DNA of 64,000 bases from a bacterium (GTDB lineage Bacteria; UBA8248), in the NCBI GenBank assembly GCA_963692865.2, contig OY843592.1, forward strand, positions 1,536,001-1,600,000. The letters run 5' to 3'. The notes beneath the pieces were generated by a model. It searched no databases. It had not been told where the DNA came from and was given only the letters and a program-made list of their open reading frames with translations. The position numbers were made by a program, and so were the translations under genes. The stretch's first letter is position 1. Every line of letters begins with the position of its first letter. Shown piece after piece: positions 11,427 to 19,709 of the stretch.

Positions 11427-11718
11427 CGTCATTCCATTCAGGTTGCCGTCATTCCGGTGTCAGACCCGACTGGACAAGGAGGGTTTGACGGAATCCGGAA
11501 CGGATTTGGTGTGCGCGTTGCGGCGTTTCATCCGCCTGCCGTGAAGTCGGAAAACCGACAGAATAAAGGCAAAGGCAAACCAATGGATTCCGGCATACGC
11601 CGGAATGACGGCGATGGTGAATTCCGAGCTAGAAGGGGTTTTCAACAACTCCCTCAAGGGGAGTAATTCAGTCCTTCAATTCTTTCCCACAATCGGGCGG
11701 CTCACGAGCCGCCCCTAC
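11427..11718. repeat. REP/MITE debris cluster
   Basis: ggattccggcatacgccggaatgacg (11585-11610), ttttcaacaac end, gggcggctcacgagccgcccctac. Confidence 0.75.
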
Positions 11719-11804
11719 GCATTTCTCTCGTATAGAAACGAACTAGCGGGGGTATCGAATTTCCGATTTGATGGCGTGGTGCGAAATACACTTCATTACG
11801 GCGA

Positions 11805-12506
11805 TTACCTGAACTCAATGCTTCCACTCAGCCATTCTTTGTTGATATCGGCACTATCGATACGCATGGCAATATCACCGATGTCCCCGATGTCCAATTC
11901 AATATGGTCGGTTCCAATGATGAGGGGCTCAAAGACAAATCTATACTCTCTTTGGTGGCTATATTCGTCGCGCTTTTTGAAAATGGCTTCTTTGTCGGAA
12001 AAACTTCCATGGAAAGTTTCCGGGTCATAGTATTCAATTAATCTTCGACCAAATCGATAACCTTCAGATTTCGCGCTTTTTTCAATACGGTTAAAAAATT
12101 CAGTAACATTTTTAACCACAACCGCATATTTTCCGAGTTCCAGGCAGGCTTCAGGTATCTCTAGTTGCTTTCTGAGGAGGCCGGTGTTTTCAGAAAATAT
12201 ATTTTCTAAACCCAGATCACCGGTGTGGCCTGCATACACACAATAAATACATAAATGATTAAGCCAGTTCTTTTGTATTTCAATTGGGCCATCGAGGTCA
12301 GGGGTGAAATCTATGCCATTTAATACAAGATGACCTTGATCGGGTTGAAGCCAACTAACAACGCCTTCATGCCTATCATTACGATTGGCGCTTTCTGTAT
12401 CTTCAATTTTTTTGAAATAAGACAAATTTTTTGCGTAAATTTTTCCTCCAATCAGGTCATTGACGTGCTGTTCTTCTTTCAAAAACTTCACAAGGAAAAA
12501 TATCAT
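11805..12506 (-). CDS. Hypothetical AT-rich accessory protein (DUF2971-like C-terminal motif)
   Basis: Long ORF with atypical AT-rich codon use; motif FKKRDEYSHQREYRF; start placed at MIFFLVKF. Confidence 0.7.
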   Translation of the reverse strand: MIFFLVKFLKEEQHVNDLIGGKIYAKNLSYFKKIEDTESANRNDRHEGVVSWLQPDQGHLVLNGIDFTPDLDGPIEIQKNWLNHLCIYCVYAGHTGDLGLENIFSENTGLLRKQLEIPEACLELGKYAVVVKNVTEFFNRIEKSAKSEGYRFGRRLIEYYDPETFHGSFSDKEAIFKKRDEYSHQREYRFVFEPLIIGTDHIELDIGDIGDIAMRIDSADINKEWLSGSIEFR

Positions 12507-12640
12507 TTTTGGATTTCGCCTCCGTTTGCGGCGCATTTATAGTCAGCCCGTTTACGAAAGACTGTGAGTCCATCCCACGATATAGGGATACAAAAACCTA
12601 TTCAATTATCCCCCCAAAACCATCGAACGCACCCACTCGG

Positions 12641-12790
12641 GAAGGCCATTTCCGAATCAATCAGGGCGAATGGTTAATTGAAGATGAAAGAAGAAGAAAG
12701 CGCCGGAAACGAGAGTTACCGCCATCGTGATTTCCATGGGCGAGGTCGAAATGGTAGAGTTTTTGAACGCCCCTCCTATGAACGGATAAA
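12641..12790 (+). pseudogene. Truncated, frameshifted 3' remnant of a DUF6338-like gene
   Basis: EGHFRINQGEWL and, in a shifted frame, TAIVISMGEVEMVEFL match EGHFRITEGEWL and SAILIPVGEVEMVEFV of 13014-13622. Confidence 0.8.
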
Positions 12791-12800
12791 GAGACGTATC

Positions 12801-12938
12801 ATGGCCAAGGAACGAACACCGAGCCCTTCAGAATCGCCGGGAAGTACCAAACTGAAAACAGGAGGCGTGTCTCCTAAACCCGAAGGCGCTTTCAAACCCA
12901 AACCGCCTCCCGCCCCGCCTCCCAAGAAAAGTGATTAG
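12801..12938 (+). CDS. Small Pro/Lys-rich peptide 1 (45 aa)
   Basis: MAKERTPSPSESPGSTKLKTGGVSPKPEGAFKPKPPPAPPPKKSD; paralog of 13626-13754 in the same relative position. Confidence 0.7.
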   Translation: MAKERTPSPSESPGSTKLKTGGVSPKPEGAFKPKPPPAPPPKKSD

Positions 12939-13013
12939 CACCTTGCGGTATTTCTGGAAGTAGCGAGCAGGTGAGCCGGGCCGTATTGGTCATATTATGG
13001 GGACATATAGCGT

Positions 13014-13622
13014 ATGAATTGGGCATCCGGTGGAATCGTCGATGCGCTCAAGTTTCTTCTGCCGGGGTTCGTGTCAGCCGCCATTTACTATTCGTTCACA
13101 TCGCACTCCAAACCCGGCGAGTTCGGCCTTGTCGTTCAAGCTCTGATTTTCACCATCGTCGGGGAAGCGGTAATCACGGCGCTCTTGTTAATGGACTCCT
13201 TCGCCTGGATGAAAGGCCGGGGAGTCGTATTATCCGTTCCGGTCGCGGTACTCCTCGGGTTGGTGGCCGCTTACTTTTCGAACAATGATACGGTGCATAG
13301 GCTATTTCGCCGGCTGGGCGTTACAAGGGAAACATCCTACCCCTCGGAATGGTATTCCACTTTTGCGCGTACCGATTGCTATGTCGTGCTACACCTGAAA
13401 GGTGAACGCCGTCTCTATGGATGGCCCGAAGAGTGGCCCAGCCGCCCGGACGAAGGTCATTTCCGAATCACGGAGGGAGAGTGGCTTTTCGAAACCGGAA
13501 CCGAGGATGAATACCAGAAGAAGATGCCCGCGACGGAAATTTCTGCTATCCTGATACCCGTGGGCGAGGTCGAAATGGTGGAGTTCGTGAGCGCTTCGCC
13601 TGATGAAGAAACGGAGGAGTAA
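13014..13622 (+). CDS. DUF6338-like membrane protein (N-terminal TM helices, C-terminal small beta-barrel)
   Basis: LLPGF N-terminal motif, about 3 hydrophobic segments, YVVLHLKGERRLYGWPEEWP...ILIPVGEVEMVEF. Confidence 0.75.
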   Translation: MNWASGGIVDALKFLLPGFVSAAIYYSFTSHSKPGEFGLVVQALIFTIVGEAVITALLLMDSFAWMKGRGVVLSVPVAVLLGLVAAYFSNNDTVHRLFRRLGVTRETSYPSEWYSTFARTDCYVVLHLKGERRLYGWPEEWPSRPDEGHFRITEGEWLFETGTEDEYQKKMPATEISAILIPVGEVEMVEFVSASPDEETEE

Positions 13623-13625
13623 ACA

Positions 13626-13754
13626 ATGGCCAAAGAACCGATACCGCCACCTTCGAAACGCTTTGTCCGGGTTGGTGATGGCGTATCGTCCAAGCCCAGG
13701 AATTTCGCCAAACCCAAGCCGCCTCCCGCACCGCCGCCCAAGAAGCAAGCCTGA
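13626..13754 (+). CDS. Small Pro/Lys-rich peptide 2 (42 aa)
   Basis: MAKEPIPPPSKRFVRVGDGVSSKPRNFAKPKPPPAPPPKKQA; GGAGGAG RBS, ATG 3 bp after the upstream stop; below the ORF-track cutoff. Confidence 0.75.
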   Translation: MAKEPIPPPSKRFVRVGDGVSSKPRNFAKPKPPPAPPPKKQA

Positions 13755-13933
13755 CGTTCAGCGGCGCGTTCAGACCGAAGTGAAAAGCGCGAGCGGCTCG
13801 CGAGCCGCGACCTCCAAATCATCACCGCCGCCGAACTCCCAAATACCCGCGCAGGTTATCGGGGTAACCCATCGCCGCCTCGCCTCCGGCCGTGGTCGTT
13901 CGCAAGATCGGAACCAGTTGAGCCGAAGTCGTA

Positions 13934-13968
13934 TCGATTATGTCGATTATTGTATTTATCTCGATTAT
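13934..13968 (+). promoter_or_regulatory. Direct repeats TCGATTAT x3, putative autoregulatory operator of the HTH-PIN pair
   Basis: Copies at 13934, 13943 and 13961 in the AT-rich leader. Confidence 0.45.
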
Positions 13969-14019
13969 GATTTATATTTGCAATGTTTTGATATCTCAAG
14001 ATTGCAGGGGAGATTGGCC

Positions 14020-14484
14020 ATGATAGACACGGCAACCCGGTTCGCAACGGCGCTTCCCAGCCCTCGGGATGTGAGTCTCGCGCAGGCGTCCGCGCGGATG
14101 CTTACGCTAAAGCTCGGGGACCGTCCCGATAAGGTGGCGATTCGGCTCGCCGAGGATGAACGCGACGTCATTGAATTGCCCTTTGCGGCGGTTCGCCTGC
14201 TTATCGATCTGCTGGGCGAAATGTCCAAGGGCAACGCCGTATCGCTGATACCCATGAACGCGGAACTGACGACCCAGCAGGCTGCGGATTTGCTGAATGT
14301 CTCCCGGGGATTTCTCGTCAAACTTCTCGAGAATCGAGAGATACCCCATCGAATGGTCGGGACCCACAGGCGCGTTTTGTTCAACGACTTGAAGGCTTAT
14401 GAAGAGCGAACCAAACGGGCGCGCCTGAAGGCTCTGGACCGGCTTACGGAAGAGAGCCAGGAACTCGGAATCGGGTACGAGTAA
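14020..14484 (+). CDS. Excisionase-like HTH_17 DNA-binding protein (antitoxin)
   Basis: ELTTQQAADLLNVSRGFLVKLLE...VGTHRRV; start at MIDTATRF after GGGGAG RBS. Confidence 0.88.
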   Translation: MIDTATRFATALPSPRDVSLAQASARMLTLKLGDRPDKVAIRLAEDERDVIELPFAAVRLLIDLLGEMSKGNAVSLIPMNAELTTQQAADLLNVSRGFLVKLLENREIPHRMVGTHRRVLFNDLKAYEERTKRARLKALDRLTEESQELGIGYE

Positions 14485-14492
14485 GTTTCTGA

Positions 14493-15059
14493 ATGGCGTT
14501 TACCGCTCTGTTCGACGCCAATGTGCTGTTCCCGGCTCCGCTCCGCGACCTGCTGCTCCAGCTCGCGACCACCAAGCTGTTTCGCGCGCGCTGGTCGAAT
14601 GCGATCCACGAGGAATGGATGAGGGTCGCGAAGAAGACCAGACCGGACATCCCCGACACGAATTGGGATGAGCTTCGCAGGCTCATGGATGCGCACGCGG
14701 AGGATTGCCTCGTCACGGACTTCGAACCGCTAATCGAAACCCTCTCGCTCCCGGATCCGGATGACCGGCACGTACTGGCGGCGGCGATCGAGGGCCGGGC
14801 GGACGTCATCGTCACCTTCAATCTGAAACATTTCCCGGAAGCCGATTTGAACACATACGACCTCACCGCACAGCATCCGGATGTCTTTATCAGGCATTTG
14901 ATCGATATGGAGCCCGACGCCGTTGCGGAATCCGCCCGGATGGTGCGCGCCAGATTGAAGAAACCTTCCGTATCGGTCGACCAATATCTGAATACTCTTC
15001 ACAGGCAGGGACTGGTCGAAACCGTAACTAAGTTACGTTTGTTCCAAGAGGTTCTCTAA
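14493..15059 (+). CDS. PIN-domain protein (VapC-like toxin)
   Basis: DANVL, EEW, LPDPDDRHVLAAA, IVTFNLKHFP. Confidence 0.9.
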   Translation: MAFTALFDANVLFPAPLRDLLLQLATTKLFRARWSNAIHEEWMRVAKKTRPDIPDTNWDELRRLMDAHAEDCLVTDFEPLIETLSLPDPDDRHVLAAAIEGRADVIVTFNLKHFPEADLNTYDLTAQHPDVFIRHLIDMEPDAVAESARMVRARLKKPSVSVDQYLNTLHRQGLVETVTKLRLFQEVL

Positions 15060-15079
15060 CTCTTGCTTCTCTTTCTCCC

Positions 15080-15520
15080 CTATCCCCCGAGATACCCACT
15101 CAGATTCTCCAGGCACTCGGCCCAGCCTCCCCGGTGCTCGTCGCGCATGTTCTCGTCGGGGAATCCCTCGTGCGTCAGGACGACGGCGGTCTCATCGCCC
15201 TCCTGGGTGAAATCGACCCTCACCAGGGTTTCTGGATAATCCCAATCCCCCCGCTCCCAGCGGAAGGTGAAGACGAGACGCTCGGGAGGCCGTATCTCGA
15301 CGAACGCCCCGTTCAGGTAGAACGACTCCCCCTCGTCGGTCCGCATCTCGACGCGGTATTTTCCGCCGACGCTTACATCCATTTCGACCGAAGGCGCGGT
15401 GTGGCCCTCCGTTCCCCACCACTGCTTTAGCGCCTCGGCTTGCGTCCACGCGGCGAAGACTCTCTCCCTGGGCGCCTGGAAGGTTCGTTTGATGAGCAGC
15501 GTCATTTTCGTTTCGATCAT
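15080..15520 (-). CDS. SRPBCC/AHSA1-domain protein
   Basis: RTFQAPRERVFAAWT, PPERLVFTF, HRGGW. Confidence 0.9.
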   Translation of the reverse strand: MIETKMTLLIKRTFQAPRERVFAAWTQAEALKQWWGTEGHTAPSVEMDVSVGGKYRVEMRTDEGESFYLNGAFVEIRPPERLVFTFRWERGDWDYPETLVRVDFTQEGDETAVVLTHEGFPDENMRDEHRGGWAECLENLSGYLGG

Positions 15521-15867
15521 TTTTGAGTCTCCGTGTCTGTCGTTTCATCGAGATATCGGGCGAGGGAATCGAGTCCCTCCTCCCAGAACCGTTTGTGGAA
15601 ATCGAGCCATTCGGACGCCTCGCGCATCGCTTCGGCCTTGAGGCTCAGACGATGGACGCGGCCCCTTTTCTCTCTATGGATCAGGCCGGCGCGCTCGAGA
15701 ACGCGCAGGTGCTTCGAAATCGCCGGCAGGGAAATATCGAATGGCGCGGCGAGGCCGGTGACGGTCGCTTCTCCCCGGGAGAGACGCGAGAGGATGGCCC
15801 GCCTCGTGGGGTCGGAAAGCGCGGAAAAAGTCGCGTCGAGACCGGCTTGCGCGTTCATGATCGGCAT
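15517..15867 (-). CDS. ArsR/SmtB family regulator
   Basis: FSALSDPTRRAIL, ISLPAISKHLRVLERAGLI. Confidence 0.92.
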   Translation of the reverse strand: MPIMNAQAGLDATFSALSDPTRRAILSRLSRGEATVTGLAAPFDISLPAISKHLRVLERAGLIHREKRGRVHRLSLKAEAMREASEWLDFHKRFWEEGLDSLARYLDETTDTETQK

Positions 15868-15959
15868 GACCTCCTTGGTGAGAGGAATTCACTCCCAGCT
15901 AACGTGGTTGCGGGCTTCTCTCTTGAACAACATTGCTAACCAACGAGAGAGAAGAGAAT

Positions 15960-16039
15960 CACTCCCCCTCAAGGGGGGAGTGAACTTCCAAAGCGTGCGC
16001 GCAACCCAAATCGCTTCCCGGGACTTTTTCAACAATCCC
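15960..16039. repeat. About 80-bp copy of the right half of the 25786-26057 element
   Basis: Nearly identical to 25979-26057. Confidence 0.8.
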
Positions 16040-16081
16040 CCCCCGGTCGGGTCCAACCTTCCCTCATCGGTCAGGTTGTAT

Positions 16082-16600
16082 CTAAAACGCCCAGCCGAAA
16101 CCGGTGATGAATCCCCGGAGGTAGCATATCTGCCCGCAATGCTGGTGATAGTCGCTGGCTACCCTTCCCAGGTATTCTCCGGTTTTGATGGCGCCTCCTC
16201 CGATGTCGGTGATTTCCTTTTCGAGGTCTTCCGTCGAAAGTGATTTCAGGACCGGAGTCGTCCTCGCCCGGACGGCGTTGGCGTAGCCGATCACGTCCTG
16301 TTTCGTGACTTTTAAGCGCATCACCTGTTCGAGCGAGTCGCCGAAGCCGATCTGTTTCGGCTCTGCGCCCAAGTCGAATTTCTCGTGCCATTTTTCAGAT
16401 ATCCAGACCTGCTCCTCACAGGCTATCGCCGCCAAGGCGCAGTCCTCGACCCGCGTCTTGTGCCACATCAGCCAGCCGATGGGGTTGTCCTGGTCGCTGG
16501 GCCGTTTCATGAGGTCCGCATCATCGAGACCCTTCAGGGCCCGTTTCACGAGGCCGTCGCTCATCTCGAATGTGAAGGCGATCATTTGCGCTCCGTTCAT
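16082..16600 (-). CDS. DinB family protein
   Basis: NPIGWLMWH...ED, HQHCGQICYLRG. Confidence 0.85.
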   Translation of the reverse strand: MNGAQMIAFTFEMSDGLVKRALKGLDDADLMKRPSDQDNPIGWLMWHKTRVEDCALAAIACEEQVWISEKWHEKFDLGAEPKQIGFGDSLEQVMRLKVTKQDVIGYANAVRARTTPVLKSLSTEDLEKEITDIGGGAIKTGEYLGRVASDYHQHCGQICYLRGFITGFGWAF

Positions 16601-16680
16601 GGAAAGCTCCTGTCATTGAGTAGTGCGTGAAATGATTTAACGATGAATCATATAACTCCCGGTTTCTGGTTCCATGCTTT

Positions 16681-17097
16681 TCAGATGAATTTCTCTTCGC
16701 GGTGGATGAAGCCGATGCAAAGGCCGAACAGTCCGAATTGCAGCGCGAGATAGAGCGTTTCCATTAAGACAAACGCAGACGCGCCCGGCACCTGCTGCTT
16801 GGCGACGAAGGCGAGCACGTGGGAAGTCCAGAAGAAGGCGCCCGTGATGAGGGCGAACCTGAACCCTCGCCGGAAACTGCTTCCCCCGGTCTTCAGCATC
16901 GGAAACAGGGCGGAAAGCAGAACCCCCTGAAGCACGATGGTGAGCAGACCGAGGAGAAAATCCGGCTCCCCCTCGAAGTAGCCGAACGATTCGTATCTCT
17001 CCTTGAAAAGCGCCACATGCCAGATCACGGCGAGAGAGAACGTGCAGATCGTATAGGCGGCGGTCCCCATGACCAGCTTCCCGGCGCCCTTCATCAT
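16681..17097 (-). CDS. Hypothetical 4-TM membrane protein
   Basis: Four hydrophobic segments; start placed at MMKGAGK. Confidence 0.7.
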   Translation of the reverse strand: MMKGAGKLVMGTAAYTICTFSLAVIWHVALFKERYESFGYFEGEPDFLLGLLTIVLQGVLLSALFPMLKTGGSSFRRGFRFALITGAFFWTSHVLAFVAKQQVPGASAFVLMETLYLALQFGLFGLCIGFIHREEKFI

Positions 17098-17270
17098 GCC
17101 CCCGCGCCCGGTTGAATGGGGGATGTCTCGTCCGCTTTTGAAGCGGCGGAAGGCGGTCTTCTCTCCAGGTCGTCTCCCGCTTCGATGGCTCGGCCCGGTA
17201 TGCCGGAAACGATTTGCGCGCCGTTCATGGGAAGCTCCTGCTTTTGAATGGTCATGAAACGACTTAATGA

Positions 17271-17286
17271 TTAACCACATGGTTAA
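17271..17286. promoter_or_regulatory. Palindrome TTAACCA-CA-TGGTTAA, putative ArsR-family operator
   Basis: Perfect 7-2-7 inverted repeat at the head of the minus-strand cluster that ends in arsR-SRPBCC. Confidence 0.55.
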
Positions 17287-17354
17287 GTATATAGCTTTCC
17301 GATCTTTCGGTCAACACGCCGCCGGGACCGGATTTGCGACCGCCCGCCTTGCCG

Positions 17355-17547
17355 GGATTGTTGAAAAAGCCTCATCAATCGGGTTTGGTCTGTAGGGGCC
17401 GCATATCATGCGGCCCTGCCTTTTCGCCTTTACAATACGGGTCGCATGATATGCGTGGGGCGCTCCCTCCTCGGGAGCGCCACCTAGAAAAGCCACCCTT
17501 CCCGGTTATGCCGAACACTCGTTCATCGGGACTCTTTCAACAACCCC
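17355..17547. repeat. MITE-like element with ttgttgaaa/tttcaacaa ends containing a GTAG REP
   Basis: Inverted ends plus internal gtaggggccgcatatcatgcggccc. Confidence 0.75.
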
Positions 17548-17672
17548 GATGAGGGAGGAATCGACCGAGCTGGAAGGGGGTGTTCCGGCAACCCGCCTTG
17601 CCGGGGAGCGGGATATGGGCCATGCTTGCGTGGCGTTCGCCTCGCCGCCCGAGGGTTTGAGCGGGTGAGTCC

Positions 17673-18386
17673 ATGAAGCAGCTTCTCATGAGGCCCCTGG
17701 CCTGGATGGCCGCCGTATTCCTGCTGCCCGCCTGCTGGGGGGCGGCGGTCTCGTTCGCCAGGATTCTCCCGGCCGCATTTCTCGCGGGCGGCGGTTCGTA
17801 TCTGCCTGCGCCCGAGGGCTGGGCCTTCACCGCGGGCGTGGCCGCCTACGCCGTCTGGCACAGGCTGAAGCCGCCCGAGTTTCTCTACGCCTTCGTGCAC
17901 GAGTTCACGCACATGGCCTTCGCTCTGCTCACGGGGAAGAAGGTGCGCTCGTTCGAGGTGAACCAGGGCAGCGGGAAGGTCGGTTTGAGCGGCACGAACC
18001 CCGTGATCACCCTGGCGCCCTATTTCTTCCCGCTCCCGACGATGGTGGTCCTGATCCTGGGCGCGCTGCTCGACTGGGCTTTCGGATACCCGCTGATTCG
18101 GCAGGCTGCGGCGTTTCTCTCGGGCCTCACGCTGTGCCTGCACGTGCTCATGACGCTGCGCGCGCTGGGCGCGTCGCAGCCCGACATCGCGCGCGGCGGG
18201 CGGATTTTCTCCTGGGTCTTCATCTTTTTCTTCGGACTCGTCTTCATCGGCGGCGCCGCGCTCGTCTCGGCGGGGGGGTGGGGAGTGGCGGCCTTGTACG
18301 GCTTGTCGATATGGCGCGAAAGCCTGGATGCGTATGCGCTTCTGTTCGACCTGGTGGCGCGAATCGCATGGCGCATCGGTTCTTGA
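17673..18386 (+). CDS. M50B-like intramembrane metallopeptidase
   Basis: HEFTH zincin motif in a hydrophobic context, LAPYFFP, downstream Asp (SQPDI). Confidence 0.75.
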   Translation: MKQLLMRPLAWMAAVFLLPACWGAAVSFARILPAAFLAGGGSYLPAPEGWAFTAGVAAYAVWHRLKPPEFLYAFVHEFTHMAFALLTGKKVRSFEVNQGSGKVGLSGTNPVITLAPYFFPLPTMVVLILGALLDWAFGYPLIRQAAAFLSGLTLCLHVLMTLRALGASQPDIARGGRIFSWVFIFFFGLVFIGGAALVSAGGWGVAALYGLSIWRESLDAYALLFDLVARIAWRIGS

Positions 18387-18391
18387 ATCGC

Positions 18392-19000
18392 ATGGCGCAT
18401 GAATTGAGGTTCAGGCTTTGGTGGGCAGCGCTTTTGCTCCTCGGGACGACGGGCTGCGCCTATGAGATATCGACGATACAAGGCGTCGCCAGACCGGAGA
18501 AGATACGAGCGCTCGAACGCCTCGCCGTCGCTCCTTTTCGCTATCCGAACGATTGGACGGGGCTTTTCCGCGACGTCTACGCGCAGGCGGGGCTCCGGGC
18601 GCCCGATGTGAGGAAAATCGAGATGATAGAGGGCGCCTTCCTGATTCGAGACGCCTTGAGCGCCAAGGGCCATCTGGTCGTCCGCTGGCCCAAAAGTCTC
18701 GAAATAAAGAAGATGGACGATTTGCTAAACGAAGAAGGAGAAATCGCCGAGGCCCATCTTCCGTTGCTCGTGGATTCGGGCGCGCAGGCGGTGGTGGTCG
18801 CCCGAGGCGGGCGCGCCTGCCCGGACGTCGAGGTGTGCGCCGCGAGGGTGGAGATACGCCTGCTGGACTTGACTTCCCGGGAAGTGTTGTGGAGGTCGCA
18901 AGCCGCCGCGACGACGGCGTTCTCCCAGGGGGACGAGATGAAGGCCGCCGTCGCCGAGGCGCTCGACGCCTTTCCCGGAAAATCGGCTTCTTCCGAGTGA
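18392..19000 (+). CDS. Hypothetical lipoprotein
   Basis: Signal MAHELRFRLWWAALLLLGTTGC with lipobox Cys; start exact position uncertain. Confidence 0.65.
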   Translation: MAHELRFRLWWAALLLLGTTGCAYEISTIQGVARPEKIRALERLAVAPFRYPNDWTGLFRDVYAQAGLRAPDVRKIEMIEGAFLIRDALSAKGHLVVRWPKSLEIKKMDDLLNEEGEIAEAHLPLLVDSGAQAVVVARGGRACPDVEVCAARVEIRLLDLTSREVLWRSQAAATTAFSQGDEMKAAVAEALDAFPGKSASSE

Positions 19001-19030
19001 GGGCGGGAATCTCGCAGTGACGGATATCGG

Positions 19031-19157
19031 GTAGGGGCCGTTCGCGAACGTGGGGCGTTCATAAACGCCCCACCCGGAGAAACGGGCGCTTCACGAAGCG
19101 CCCCTACGCCGTCTCGGCCCGCAGATCATCGTCATTCCGGCTTTTGCCGGAATGACG
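19031..19157. repeat. REP cluster (GTAG inverted pair plus CGTC palindrome)
   Basis: gtaggggccgttcgcgaacg..., gggcgcttcacgaagcgcccctac, cgtcattccggcttttgccggaatgacg. Confidence 0.8.
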
Positions 19158-19332
19158 GCAAACCCTCCCGCATCGGGCTTTTTCAACGCTCCCGTTTTCC
19201 GCTGTTTGGACAACCCCCGTCATGACGTTTTGTCGTCACTGTCCGGCGTCTTGTGACAAAATGGCAACTCGGCCAACCAACGCACATTTGTATTTCATTG
19301 ATATGTAAGGACTTGTTTAGGTTTTTGGGAAA

Positions 19333-19348
19333 TGGCACGGGAATTGCT
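19333..19348 (+). promoter_or_regulatory. sigma54 (-24/-12) promoter
   Basis: TGGCAC-GGGAA-TTGCT is an exact consensus match. IHF-like site at 19291-19303 and inverted repeat ttttgtc/gacaaaa (19228-19261) lie upstream. Confidence 0.8.
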
Positions 19349-19358
19349 TTATATAAGG

Positions 19359-19577
19359 GCAAGCCGGCCGGAGCGTTCATGAGAAAGATGAACGCAGATG
19401 GAACCGTGCGGCGTCCAAACAACATATAATCGCTGATCGGGGCGTTCATAGGCGGCACGCCCCGGTTGGCAGGCGAGAGGAGTGGCCGATTGGGTCGGCG
19501 CTCCTCCGCCACGCAATCATACGTCTCGCGGCTATCCCCTGCGAGAGCCTCCTCCCGGAGACGGGAGGAGGTTTTTT
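19359..19577 (+). ncRNA. Candidate sigma54-dependent small RNA (~220 nt)
   Basis: Bounded by the promoter and an intrinsic terminator; four further hairpins with G-U pairs on the + strand; only a 16-codon ORF. Confidence 0.6.
19548..19577 (+). terminator. Rho-independent terminator
   Basis: cctcctcccg-GAGA-cgggaggagg-tttttt. Confidence 0.85.
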
Positions 19578-19709
19578 ATCGGCCTGATTTCCCTCCGCCC
19601 GGTTTTCAAGCGCGCGTCGTTGGGTTATGGTGCGTCCCGTACGAAATCATACGGCGTCCGTTCGATGAGACGCCGGGAATTCATCCATTCAGCGAGTGAG
19701 GAGTCAACA

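Noticed and set aside
12801-13754. Pro-rich peptides as RiPP precursors
   Set aside because: No modifying enzyme, peptidase or exporter nearby, and no recognisable leader motif.
13603-14019. N-terminal extension of the 293-aa track ORF
   Set aside because: It overlaps the peptide gene and the AT-rich repeat leader; the HTH protein has its own RBS at 14020.
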